Counted from the first letter of the stretch, positions 1 to 9,833 are shown. The stretch is DNA of 64,000 nt from Flammeovirgaceae bacterium (GCA_965225715.1 CBDDBK010000002.1:1324416-1388415); one strand, 5' to 3'. The notes: generated from the letters alone by a model not told the origin. Translations and numbers: made by a program.

Positions 1-2479
1 TCTTCTCGGCATTATAAATGTATATACAGCTTTTAGCGGAAGAAAAAGTCATTTTTGTTTCATTGTTATCTAAATGCTCTAATAAACAAAGTGATATATC
101 CATACCATCGTTGTTATTTTTGTCATATTGCTTGAGAATGTTTTGAATACTAGTATTTAGCTTTTCTAATATCAAATTGGGACAGGTTTGTTTTTGTTCA
201 TTGACTATTTCATTAATAAGACGAATACCAAGTATAGACATAAAGGCAGCAGGTACCCCATGCCCTGTACAATCTCCAACTGCTAAAAGAATAGCCTTTT
301 TATCTATATCTGTGCTAACTTTATTAACCCAGTAAAAGTCTCCTGAAACAATATCTTTAGGTCTATAAAGAACAAAATACTCTCTAAAATACTCTTTAAA
401 TTGCTCCATGCTTGGCAAAATAACATTTTGCATTTTTTGGGCATATAGTAAACTGTCTGTAATTTGTTCATTATTTTGTTTAATAATTTTATAGGCATTA
501 GAGTTTTCAAAAGCCACAGCAAGATAACTACTAAAAGCTCTCAGTATACTAACATCATTTTGAGTATAAGCATCTATTTCAAATTTTTTTACGCCTAAAA
601 CGCCTAATATTTTATCTTTTATTTTTAGAGGTATGTAGATACCTGAATAAATGTTTATGTGAAAGTTTTTTAAATCTGTATAATTTCCTAACTCTTCATT
701 ACTATTTTTAATCACGACTTCTTTTTCTTGTTTGAAACACCAAGACATAATAGTTTGGGTTTCGTTGAGTTTTTCAGTATAGTTAGTCAATTCTTCTTCA
801 TGTAACCTATAAGTAGATACTTCCAAAGCATTATGAAGATTATTATAAATAGCAATTTCAAATTCATTCAATTTAATTAAACCTTGAATACTTTTATAAG
901 CATTTTTTATAACTTTACTTCGCTCTAAATTTGAAGTGATTTTTTGACCGACTTTACTGATAAGTTGAATATTTTTGTAAGCTTTCTCGGTCTTTTGGCG
1001 TTCTATATTAACTAATCCAATTTGATGTTCTAAATTCTTTTTTGAAGTTTGTAAAGCAGAATTACTATCCTCAAGTTGCTTATTCTTTACTCTTATTTTT
1101 CTATCACCATAAATAATAATAACTAAGATGGTTGTTAAGGCAACTATGCTTAAAATAAAAGCAGAAAGGTAACGACGAACATATCTGTTATTATCAATAT
1201 TTCTTTCTTGAGATAAACTTTTTTCTTGTTGGTTTAATATAAAAGCTAAAGTATCAGGATTTTTTTCTATATTATTTTCTATGGTATCTATGAGCATAAT
1301 TGTCTTATGAATAGCATCTTCATAATTACTGTAATTATTTTGAACTTCTTTAGATAAGGCTTCCAGATATCTTAGAAAGTCTTGAGATGACAAACTATCT
1401 CTATCTGTGATATTATTAAATTTTTCTCCAACTTTTAAAATTTGTTGTCTTAAAAAAATACTATGCTCTTCTAAAAATTGCCTTTGAGTTTTAATTTCAT
1501 CGTAAACATTATCAAACTCATCTTTATAAATAGAAGATTGAATTTCTTCTTTTGAGAGAGGTTTAAGATTTTTTTCGACCTTTACTCTTTTAAGGGTTAA
1601 ATAGACTGTCTCTTCTTCTATACTTTTATTAGTGATTGTATAGTTTGGTATTTTAATTTCTTTCTTATTAAAGAAATCAAACTCTATAGGTGGATTAAAA
1701 TAAATCTCTCCTTTAGTATTTGTTCTCAATCTTTTAGTATCAAAAACTGCATCTAATTTAGAAATACTTGTCCCTTTTTCTGATAAACAAATTATTTTTT
1801 CTATTTTAGAAGTAGGCACATCGACTTCCATAAAATCATTTGAAGAAGATTCTTTTTCTGTTTTTTGATTAATATCCTTGAGATTAGTGATGGGTTTCAA
1901 ATCTTGATTTTCTGTATCTGATTGTTTTTGTTGATTTTCATCAACAACTAATGCCATATTAAAATGATATGTTTGAAATTTGATAATAACATCAACTGGT
2001 TTTCTATTATCTATTAGTACATCTTTAAGATCATTTTCATTGGTATTTATAGGTGCCAATAATTTGAATAATCCTTTATTGTTTGTCTTTGTTGTTTTAT
2101 TTATTTTTGGAAAAAATAATGATGTGTTTTTTACGGTTATATTTTGTTTATTTTTGATACGACCAAACACAACTTGTCCTGTTTTTTCAAGATTAACTCT
2201 TATAAGATTATCGTCTTCATAATAGTGCCAGTTTTTTTCTTTGTAACCAAATTTTTTAACAGTCACGAGTTCTATTTCGTCTTTTAAATAAATGCTAAAG
2301 TCGCCTATTGTACCACTTTTTGTATGAATATCGCCATTGATAGTTATATCTGCATTTTGCACAGGTTCACCATCACAAATAACTCTGCCTTTTATGAGTT
2401 TAGCTTCAACAAAAAAGCTATTTGTTAACATGAAAAATAACCCAAAAGATAGTTTGATTATACTTGTATAACGCATCAT
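1..2479 (-). CDS. Membrane-anchored sensor protein with GAF-like module and PP2C/SpoIIE-type serine phosphatase domain (C-terminus runs off the window)
   Basis: Own minus-strand translation from ATG at 2477-2479 (MMRYTSIIKLSFGLFFML...) stays open to position 1. It is absent from the ORF track because it has no in-window stop. N-terminal CarboxypepD_reg-like stretch (GRVICDGEPVQNADITINGD), TM segment (LSAFILSIVALTTILVIIIYG), coiled-coil, GAF-like region, then SpoIIE/PP2C motif SGDFYW...LLAVGDCTGHGVPAAFMS (about 200-330). Confidence 0.75.
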   Translation of the reverse strand, partial: MMRYTSIIKLSFGLFFMLTNSFFVEAKLIKGRVICDGEPVQNADITINGDIHTKSGTIGDFSIYLKDEIELVTVKKFGYKEKNWHYYEDDNLIRVNLEKTGQVVFGRIKNKQNITVKNTSLFFPKINKTTKTNNKGLFKLLAPINTNENDLKDVLIDNRKPVDVIIKFQTYHFNMALVVDENQQKQSDTENQDLKPITNLKDINQKTEKESSSNDFMEVDVPTSKIEKIICLSEKGTSISKLDAVFDTKRLRTNTKGEIYFNPPIEFDFFNKKEIKIPNYTITNKSIEEETVYLTLKRVKVEKNLKPLSKEEIQSSIYKDEFDNVYDEIKTQRQFLEEHSIFLRQQILKVGEKFNNITDRDSLSSQDFLRYLEALSKEVQNNYSNYEDAIHKTIMLIDTIENNIEKNPDTLAFILNQQEKSLSQERNIDNNRYVRRYLSAFILSIVALTTILVIIIYGDRKIRVKNKQLEDSNSALQTSKKNLEHQIGLVNIERQKTEKAYKNIQLISKVGQKITSNLERSKVIKNAYKSIQGLIKLNEFEIAIYNNLHNALEVSTYRLHEEELTNYTEKLNETQTIMSWCFKQEKEVVIKNSNEELGNYTDLKNFHINIYSGIYIPLKIKDKILGVLGVKKFEIDAYTQNDVSILRAFSSYLAVAFENSNAYKIIKQNNEQITDSLLYAQKMQNVILPSMEQFKEYFREYFVLYRPKDIVSGDFYWVNKVSTDIDKKAILLAVGDCTGHGVPAAFMSILGIRLINEIVNEQKQTCPNLILEKLNTSIQNILKQYDKNNNDGMDISLCLLEHLDNNETKMTFSSAKSCIYIYNAEK

Positions 2480-3331
2480 TCTACCAACAAATAAATCTCT
2501 GAAAATGTTGCTTTAAATTTTTGTATAAGTTAAATACCAAGATCCTTTTAATATAACTAACTATAGTAGTCATAAATCTATTAAAAGCACTGCAAAAATT
2601 ATGCTATTACTGGATTATTGATTTAATATAAAAATTAAGATAAGATTTTTTGACAAATTTTGTGATTTTTAAACACCTATCCCAAAATGTCGGTGCTACC
2701 TCTTTCAAAATGACTATCTTTAACTACTATATACTAGTTTCTAATTTTTTTGCATGAAGTAAAAATTTAAATAATACAAATTATTGTAAATCAATTTTTC
2801 TAAAATTAAATTTCTAAAAAAAATACAACACAAGAGTCTATTAAGCCAAAAAAACCTGCTAATTCTTCATATATTTTTTCCATAAGCAATATTTTAAATA
2901 TACTATTTAAATGGCTTTTTAAACAAAAATATTTAAACTTATATAATAAAATAGTCAATGAACCAGAATTAAACCAATAATCTTCAATAGTTTTTTATCT
3001 TAAACTATAGTTCCAGACACTAATAATTTGAAAAAGTGTATAAAGAAGGAACTACTTAATTATAATTCTTTTTACAAAAAAAACAAAAAAACCGTTCAAG
3101 TATTTTTGGAAAGACAGACGGTGCAAATTAAAAAAAAGTTTGCTTAATAGACAAGATAAACTCCTTTTATTGCATAAAAAATACTATTAAATAATTGATT
3201 TCAAATAATTTATACTGTATAGAATAAAAACTAAACACGTTCTTACTTTTAAAACCTTTTCCAAAATTTTACTGTTATTCAAAAAGGTGAAGTTAAGAAC
3301 AAGAAAAAAATTAGCTGCTTGGTATATCTAC

Positions 3332-4430
3332 AAAGGGCTTTCTTATAAACAATTTATGCTCCTAAGCCACTGCAAAAGTTTAGAAAACTTGTCTTGAAAT
3401 AACTGGATCTGAGCAAGCATATTTTTAGTCTTTGTCTTCTTTAGAAGTTTAATTACCAGGGTTCTGCATAGAAATAAAACCCCGGTCACCGCCTTTTCTT
3501 TAGTTCTTATATGATTATTGGTCTCTACTGACCAATGCTCCCGAATAGCCGAAAAATAGTCTTCGTTTTTATCAAAACCTCCGTTAGAAATAGAATAACA
3601 TACCTGACAAGATTGTTCAACACCAGTTAAATCAAAACGCCAACGCTTCACCTTAAAAAGACTCTTAAAGCCACTTGTTCGCCAAGGGCTATCAACATAT
3701 TGACCCGAAATAGCATAATGCTTATACTCTCTTTTTTCTATACCTCCATGCCCTTTATTAAATGTAATTTCTTGATTAACAGGCTTTAATCGCTTCACAT
3801 AGCCGCTCATAGCCGCCAATAATTCTTTTTGATTGGCTTTCGTTTCTTCGAGCAAGTTTTGGAGATAGGGCTGCTCACTTTCTTTTTTACCATTGTAATA
3901 GCCTTTAGCCAAAACCTCTCTGTCTGAGTGTTTGACCAATTGTACTAAAGCCTCTCCACGCTTATCCCCTTTTTTAATACTAACCCTCAATTCTTTCCCA
4001 TCGCCAGCAAACCATGCGCGCTCTTCCGATTTTAGCTCAAGACCAAAATTTTTAAACAGCAGGGCTTCCAAAGGCTCCAAAGCTATTGTTTTTAAAAAAA
4101 ATGGGAGATAAGAACGTGATATAACACGTTTATTATCAAGGCCTAAAAAGGAACACAAGGCTTCGTTAGTATTTTGCATCCCTCGCTGAATACCAGAAAG
4201 CGTAGCATCTCGACCACGTAATAGAGCTATAATCAAACTAAGCAACACAAAGGCAAAGTCCAGCTTCTTACCTCTATTATCCCTTAAATCTAAACCTGAA
4301 TAATTTTGTATTTGCCGATAAAATGATGTTACTTGCATCTTGTGAGTGTAGATTTATATGAATGTTGCGATTAAATAAACATAAATATACACTATTTTAC
4401 ACGCACATTTTTTTTATAAGAAAGCCCTTT
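3332..4430 (-). mobile_element. ISAs1-family-like insertion sequence (about 1.1 kb) with perfect 18-bp terminal inverted repeats
   Basis: AAAGGGCTTTCTTATAAA at 3332-3349 is the exact reverse complement of 4413-4430. A single transposase ORF fills the interior, and its stop codon lies inside the left repeat. Confidence 0.7.
3343..4338 (-). CDS. ISAs1 family (H-repeat-associated) transposase, probably degenerate
   Basis: The 331-aa ORF has the family-typical ...AGDGKELR... and ...AIREHWSVETNNHIR... blocks (compare AIDGKTLR and IRNHWHVEN in E. coli H-repeat proteins, from memory). It looks shorter than typical members across the middle and C-terminal catalytic blocks. Confidence 0.7.
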   Translation of the reverse strand: MQVTSFYRQIQNYSGLDLRDNRGKKLDFAFVLLSLIIALLRGRDATLSGIQRGMQNTNEALCSFLGLDNKRVISRSYLPFFLKTIALEPLEALLFKNFGLELKSEERAWFAGDGKELRVSIKKGDKRGEALVQLVKHSDREVLAKGYYNGKKESEQPYLQNLLEETKANQKELLAAMSGYVKRLKPVNQEITFNKGHGGIEKREYKHYAISGQYVDSPWRTSGFKSLFKVKRWRFDLTGVEQSCQVCYSISNGGFDKNEDYFSAIREHWSVETNNHIRTKEKAVTGVLFLCRTLVIKLLKKTKTKNMLAQIQLFQDKFSKLLQWLRSINCL

Positions 4431-4468
4431 AAATTGAAATTGATAATAAAAAATTTAAATCCAAAAAA

Positions 4469-7400
4469 TCATTCTATTTCTATGTCATCAAGGGCTTTCA
4501 TAAGTTTATCTGTTTGGTATAAAGCCGTAATAATTTTCTGATAATGTTCAATATCATCGTAGCTTAAAGACTGTCCTTTACGGTCTTTGAGCCACTTTTG
4601 AGCAGGCTGATAACCACCGATATAAAAATTCCAAGCCGTTACAGGAATTTTATCAAAATATTGCTTTTCATTTAGCCATATTCTACCGAGTTCCTTTTTT
4701 TTATCAAAAATCTGCCAGTCCTTTTTAGTAATACTGGTAGTAATAGTGTGGTCTCCAGCTTGGGGATAGCTAGCAAACCGGGTGTCTATTTTTATGGATT
4801 CCAATAGATGCAATTGGCGGAGTTTTTGACCAAAATCTACCAGTTGCCAAAATAGTTTTTCATTTTTGGGATAGGGTACTTTTGGAAAGTCTATTTTTAA
4901 AAAGGCTTTGTATTTTTCTCTGTATGAAGGTTTATGTAAAACAGCATAGACATAATCCAAAATATCGATGGGGGCAAAGGTATTTTGAATATTCTTTTTT
5001 TCATTGGTAAATGTCAAATGTATTTTTTTGGCTATTTTAGAAACAATTTTTGAGTCCAAATTAGCTAAACGCTTTTCACCTGTTGGTATTTCTATGCCAT
5101 TGGGATAGAGGTAGAGAGGGCAAATAAAAGGAGATCTGTTTACTGCTGAAAAAATGCTCTGATCAATTATTTTTTGAGTTAAAAAAATATCTGAGTAAAA
5201 ATCTGAACCACTTTGTGCAGGTTTATTTGTTACCAGCCCCACATTTTCACCCTTTAGGAAATGTTGCATGGTTTTATAGCGATCACGTTCTATAAAATGT
5301 TGCATGATTTTTTTGCGAGGCATACAATGAAAGCCTTTCGTTCTTCCAGTATAATATGTCCATCTAAAATCGAAAGGACGATAATGAATCTGACGAAAAT
5401 TGTCTTCTATTAATTTTGTGTCCTTTAAATCTTGTTGGGCTAACTGTACTTTCCAATCCCTTGAATCAGCACCTAAATTGTACTTTAGTCTTGCTTTTTC
5501 GGTATCTAAGTTTACAAAATCGTTAAGGCGTTGTTTTAATATTTTTTTGCTATTATCAATAGAAAATTTATCTCTCCCTGTAACTATTCCCACACTATTC
5601 AAAGGAAATAATTCATTTATTTTGAAACCTTTATCATAAGAACTTTTATATTTGAAACTTTTATGAACCATAAAATACATCGGTGCTTTGTTCGTTAGCT
5701 TCTTAAATGGAGTGGTTTTTAAGTTGTGTTTGGAAAGAAAATCAAACTTGGTTTTCCTATTTCCAAATAAATCGTGATGAAAGACTTTAGCTAAGTCATT
5801 TTGTTTTTTCTTTCCTGTTTTTACAAAAATAGTGATGCTTACGCCTTGCATAATATCGAAGACGTTTTGGTCTTGGCTTCCATCTGGAGCTAGTTCTTTT
5901 TTTTTGCTGTTGCCGTGTAAATCGAGGGTGTAAATTTTATCATACGTTTTTAATATGTTCCAACGCATGCCTCTAAACGTCGGGTTATCTAAGAAACCGT
6001 GGGGCGTGATAAAAGCTAAAATACCGCTGCCGTTTTTTTCAATAAAATACTGCCCATAACGTAAAAATTTAACATAGTCATCGTTGAGCCATTTTGGGTT
6101 GCGCTCTTTGAGTTTTACTTTTCCTCCGGGTTCTTTTTTATAATCCTCCATAAGGTTCATGATCCAAGTACCTTTATTGACACTTTCACCGCTATAAGGT
6201 GGATTTCCAATGATGCACATCACAGGGGTATCGCGTTTTATATGGTTTGCTTCGTTTGCCTCGTTACTTAGCCAACTGGCAAAGAACGTTCGAGTATCCG
6301 GATGGGCTTCTTCTAAACTATTGGTCAGATAAATTTTAAATCTCTGTTGTTCATTTATTTGTCTGTTCTGATTGTTTTTATCACCTCTATCATATCCTGT
6401 TTCTTTGAGCAATACATCGAGTTGTAAATGTGCCATGGCATAACTTGCCATCAAAAGCTCAAAGCCATTAAGGCGAGGCAACAGGTGTTTATCCACGTAG
6501 TTGTTCCAAATACCTTGACGTCCTTCACTTTTTAACTGCTCATATATTTGCTTAACAATTTCGGCTAAAAAGGTGCCTGTTCCCGCTGCTGGATCCAAGA
6601 TTTGGACTTTATGAACTTCTTTTTGTTTTTTGTCTTTAAGATTTATAAGGGTTTTTTGGGTATCGCCTAAGCCATCAGCGAGATCAAAATCATTTTTTAA
6701 AATATCATGAACAGCCCGCACTATAAAGCCGACTACAGGTGCTGGTGTATACCAAACACCCCGGCTTTTTCGCAGCTTAGGGTCATATTGGGCAAGAAAA
6801 TCCTCATAAAAATGAATAATTGGGGCTTCTGTCTGTGTAGATTTGCCATAGTTTTTTAACAACTCTTCTACATCGCAAGCCAAAAAAACTTGTACGAGGT
6901 TATCGACAATCCATCGGATACGGTCGTCAATATCGGGTCCGGCAATGTAACCGAATAGTTTTCGTAAAAAAGGATTGGTTTTGGGGATAAGTTCGGCAGC
7001 CTGTTGTCGGCTAAAAGTATTTGCTTTAGAATCGTTTAAGCGTGCTGCAAAAAGCCCATAAGCAATGGTTTGAGCGTATATATCGGAAAAGGTTTTGGCA
7101 TCAATATCATGAATTAGGAGTTCCTTAAACGCTTGCACCTGTTCTTGCAAAGTGCTGTTCTGTTGTTTATTTTTATCATTGGTCAATGATTTTTCAATCA
7201 CATTGGCAAGCAATCGGGCTTTACCAGCCATTATTTCGGCTAAGTTTTTAGAATTTTTAATTGTTTGACCAAAAGTAGAGCAAAATTCTTTAACAAAATT
7301 TTCAAAAAGAGGGAAATTTTTGGGTAAAGGCGTAATTTTTTGATCGGAAAAGTCAGCAATGGCTATTTTTTTGACAAAAGCTCCATCTCTGTACCAATGA

Positions 7401-7732
7401 AAATGCAAATAGTCGGTAAATATGAGGTTGTTTAAAGAGTCTTTATACCGGTCAAATTGTTCTTTATTACCTGTTTTCTTTTTTCCTTCTAAGTCATTGT
7501 CACCAATATTTTTAGCTTCAATAAAACCTATAGGAATATCCTTTTTTAGGAGGATATAATCGGGTGCGCCACAGGCTTGCCTTTTCGGTTCATTGGTGGC
7601 TTGAACATTGGGTACTAGACTTTCAATAAGTTGTTGCAAATCGCCTCTGTACGAATGTTCAGTAGCTTTACCTGTTTTATAACGCTGAATAATATTTTTC
7701 AGGTATTGAAATGTTGTTGGGGTATTTTCCAT
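4469..7732 (-). CDS. Single-polypeptide type IIG-like restriction-modification enzyme (N-terminal PD-(D/E)xK nuclease, gamma-class N6-adenine methyltransferase, large C-terminal recognition region)
   Basis: 1087 aa. Nuclease-like GAPDYILLKK...IGFIEAKN near residues 55-75, SAM motif ILDPAAGTGTFL followed by catalytic IGNPPYSGES (motif I before IV), and C-terminal FYIGGYQPAQKWLKDRKG. I recall that last motif from C-terminal domains of large YeeA/Type ISP-like methyltransferases. Confidence 0.8.
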   Translation of the reverse strand: MENTPTTFQYLKNIIQRYKTGKATEHSYRGDLQQLIESLVPNVQATNEPKRQACGAPDYILLKKDIPIGFIEAKNIGDNDLEGKKKTGNKEQFDRYKDSLNNLIFTDYLHFHWYRDGAFVKKIAIADFSDQKITPLPKNFPLFENFVKEFCSTFGQTIKNSKNLAEIMAGKARLLANVIEKSLTNDKNKQQNSTLQEQVQAFKELLIHDIDAKTFSDIYAQTIAYGLFAARLNDSKANTFSRQQAAELIPKTNPFLRKLFGYIAGPDIDDRIRWIVDNLVQVFLACDVEELLKNYGKSTQTEAPIIHFYEDFLAQYDPKLRKSRGVWYTPAPVVGFIVRAVHDILKNDFDLADGLGDTQKTLINLKDKKQKEVHKVQILDPAAGTGTFLAEIVKQIYEQLKSEGRQGIWNNYVDKHLLPRLNGFELLMASYAMAHLQLDVLLKETGYDRGDKNNQNRQINEQQRFKIYLTNSLEEAHPDTRTFFASWLSNEANEANHIKRDTPVMCIIGNPPYSGESVNKGTWIMNLMEDYKKEPGGKVKLKERNPKWLNDDYVKFLRYGQYFIEKNGSGILAFITPHGFLDNPTFRGMRWNILKTYDKIYTLDLHGNSKKKELAPDGSQDQNVFDIMQGVSITIFVKTGKKKQNDLAKVFHHDLFGNRKTKFDFLSKHNLKTTPFKKLTNKAPMYFMVHKSFKYKSSYDKGFKINELFPLNSVGIVTGRDKFSIDNSKKILKQRLNDFVNLDTEKARLKYNLGADSRDWKVQLAQQDLKDTKLIEDNFRQIHYRPFDFRWTYYTGRTKGFHCMPRKKIMQHFIERDRYKTMQHFLKGENVGLVTNKPAQSGSDFYSDIFLTQKIIDQSIFSAVNRSPFICPLYLYPNGIEIPTGEKRLANLDSKIVSKIAKKIHLTFTNEKKNIQNTFAPIDILDYVYAVLHKPSYREKYKAFLKIDFPKVPYPKNEKLFWQLVDFGQKLRQLHLLESIKIDTRFASYPQAGDHTITTSITKKDWQIFDKKKELGRIWLNEKQYFDKIPVTAWNFYIGGYQPAQKWLKDRKGQSLSYDDIEHYQKIITALYQTDKLMKALDDIEIE

Positions 7733-8400
7733 ACTTGGGGTTTAAAATCGGGTTTAGTGCTAGCAAAGGCTTTATAAGTTATCGGGTTTTTTAAGGTAAA
7801 GAGCATAAAAAAATAAGAGTTCTGCATAAGTAGGCAAAAGAAGTTTTCGTTTTAAATGCTCTTATAATCAACTCCTTTTAAAAGTTTTTGGAGTTTTTCA
7901 GATCTGTTAATAGTTTGATTAGAAGCAATATTAGGTAAAATTTCTGGTATCAACAAGTGTAAGTGTTTTGAAAAATATTTACCTCAATACTTTTTTTAGT
8001 TTTGAGCTTGAAAATGCAAGTCAATTTTTTACAACTCAAATGCTGTAAGACTTTTATATAAGAATCTAGCGCATCTGCTTTTAAAGAACTTTTGATTTTT
8101 TTTTTACTTTTTAATAAAGTCTTTGAAAATCTGAACTCTTCTCTTCTTTAAAATTAGCATGTGTATCTTGACTATTATGACTTACCAAAAAACTGGAGGC
8201 TGGATACATCTCAATATCTAAATCTAAAAGATCTGCTCTTTTGGTCTCGCGAACTTCTTTCTGACTTTGAACTTGCCCTGTGTTTGAAGATTTCAATTAT
8301 AAAGTTTAAAACTGGCTATTTTTAAGTAAAAAATAAGACCAAAAATACACGATTTTAAAAGTTTATAAGAAAAGATTTACTTTTTAGCAATTTCCTTTTT

Positions 8401-8408
8401 TATATTTG
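8401..8408 (+). promoter_or_regulatory. Bacteroidota -7 promoter box (TAnnTTTG) upstream of the candidate ncRNA
   Basis: TATATTTG at 8401-8408 matches the TAnnTTTG consensus for Bacteroidetes sigma-A promoters. It sits 10-20 nt upstream of the first paired base of the hairpin RNA candidate. Confidence 0.35.
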
Positions 8409-8419
8409 CCCCTAATATA

Positions 8420-8610
8420 TAGAAAAAGCGTCAGCTTATTATTCTCAATTTTCAAGAAGAACCAAACTTTAATGAATTTCCAAGAGAATGATAGATGAAG
8501 TGCCCAGACCGAATGTATTTAGGTGTGGGCTGCTTCCTTGTGTCTATTTGGAAATGGGTATTGGTTCACCTTGAAAATTATGGATAACGGTTGCAGTTCC
8601 ACGCTTTTTT
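8420..8610 (+). ncRNA. Candidate structured ncRNA, about 190 nt long irregular hairpin (6S-RNA-like architecture)
   Basis: Hand-folded helices: 8447-8465 with 8561-8579 (17 of 19 pairs), 8476-8483 with 8548-8555 (8 bp), 8491-8496 with 8542-8547, and 8497-8506 with 8526-8536. The closing stem AAGCG/CGCTT (8426-8430 with 8602-8606) runs into a T6 tract. Asymmetric internal loop 8466-8475 versus 8556-8560. The G-U pairs work only on the plus strand. No ORF. Confidence 0.4.
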
Positions 8611-8664
8611 ATTCGATTACTTTGTATTCTTGGAGACTGGGGTATATTATTATTTTAAGTAAAA

Positions 8665-8841
8665 ATGATTAAATTTAATTATATTTTAAGGTTAACCTTT
8701 CTAATTATCAGTATATTGCTGCTGAACAGTTGTAAATCTAACGATGACCCTAATAATACAGGTCAAGTTATTTTTTGGCAAGATGAAGCAAGTGCTATCG
8801 CGTTTGACCTACTCGGTATAACCAGTTTAACCTATACTTGA
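8665..8841 (+). CDS. Small putative lipoprotein (58 aa), possibly a gene fragment
   Basis: ATG at 8665. MIKFNYILRLTFLIISILLLNSCKSNDDP... carries a lipobox-like LLNSC. Below the ORF-track size cut-off. Confidence 0.3.
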   Translation: MIKFNYILRLTFLIISILLLNSCKSNDDPNNTGQVIFWQDEASAIAFDLLGITSLTYT

Positions 8842-8908
8842 TTATAACTTAATTATAGAAATAGAAAGAAATATCTATTCGAGGTACGTGGATAGTTACT
8901 TCTATTTT

Positions 8909-8956
8909 GAGTCCACTCCGAAAACTATTCGTGTTATCGGAGTGGACTCTTGTTTT
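8909..8956 (+). terminator. Hairpin plus T-tract, putative intrinsic terminator
   Basis: GAGTCCACTCCG (8909-8920) pairs perfectly with CGGAGTGGACTC (8938-8949), followed by TTGTTTT. The 17-nt loop is long for a terminator. Confidence 0.4.
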
Positions 8957-9218
8957 ATAATTTTAGATTTTATTATTTAATAAATTGACTTTCAATTTTA
9001 TATTTTCCTTATTATTAATTGCTGTTGTTAATCCTTATAACCTAACGATATGTCGAACGTTTTGAGAAGTGGCTTTATGCCTTACGTTTTATGGCTAATT
9101 TGGCGGAGCATCCAGCGGTTTATATTATAATCTGACAATAAAACTGTGGAATAAAACCTTAAAAATAACAAAAATATTAAATGATTTACCTCTAGTTATT
9201 TTGATTTACTTTATACAA

Positions 9219-9695
9219 ATGAAAAAAGATTTTGACTACCAAATTAATCTAAGCAATCTAAAAGATAAAAAAAATAAAATTTATACCTTTAGTTTCGATA
9301 AAAGCCTTTTTGAATACTTTAAAATTGATGAACCTTCTGATGGAAAAGGTAAAGTTACGGCTTTTGTTGAAAAAAGAAATAAAAGATCAACGCAAAGCCC
9401 TATTACTGTTAAACTTCATATAAAAGGTTTTATAAAAGTTTGTTGTGATAGAAGTTTGAAAGAATTTAACTTGCCGCTTGATTTAACAGAAATTATTTTT
9501 TTTGAGTGGGCTGAAAAAGCAGAAGATTTAGATATTAATTTTTTTAAAATTCCTTTCGGGCAACAAAATGTAGATTTAAGTCAACTTGTGTATGATATTA
9601 TTATCTCTTCTATACCGATCAAAAAATTACATCCTGATTTTGAAGAAACAGAACATGAAGAAGACTCTAAAATAGTTTATATCAGTAAAGATTAA
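9219..9695 (+). CDS. YceD/DUF177 family protein
   Basis: Size and the CCDRSLKEFNLPLDL block resemble DUF177 proteins. I prefer ATG at 9219 over the TTG at 9201 used in the track. No rpmF follows, which is atypical. Confidence 0.55.
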   Translation: MKKDFDYQINLSNLKDKKNKIYTFSFDKSLFEYFKIDEPSDGKGKVTAFVEKRNKRSTQSPITVKLHIKGFIKVCCDRSLKEFNLPLDLTEIIFFEWAEKAEDLDINFFKIPFGQQNVDLSQLVYDIIISSIPIKKLHPDFEETEHEEDSKIVYISKD

Positions 9696-9833
9696 ATAGT
9701 ACATTTTATAGTTATTTTTTTAAAGTTTACTAAATAGCTATATTTAGCTTTTAAAAAAAAAAAGTTTAACTTTGGATCTATTTTTTAAATTAAGATACTG
9801 TTATTTTATAACTTAATTGACAACCACTTAATT

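Noticed and set aside
304-522. 72-aa ORF (and 1980-2222, 80 aa) listed in the track
   Set aside because: Out of frame or antisense within the long open PP2C-sensor reading frame that runs from 2479 to the window edge.
8111-8296. 61-aa minus-strand ORF in the spacer upstream of the R-M gene
   Set aside because: No motif, no convincing start context, low-complexity charged composition. It could be real but I cannot support it.
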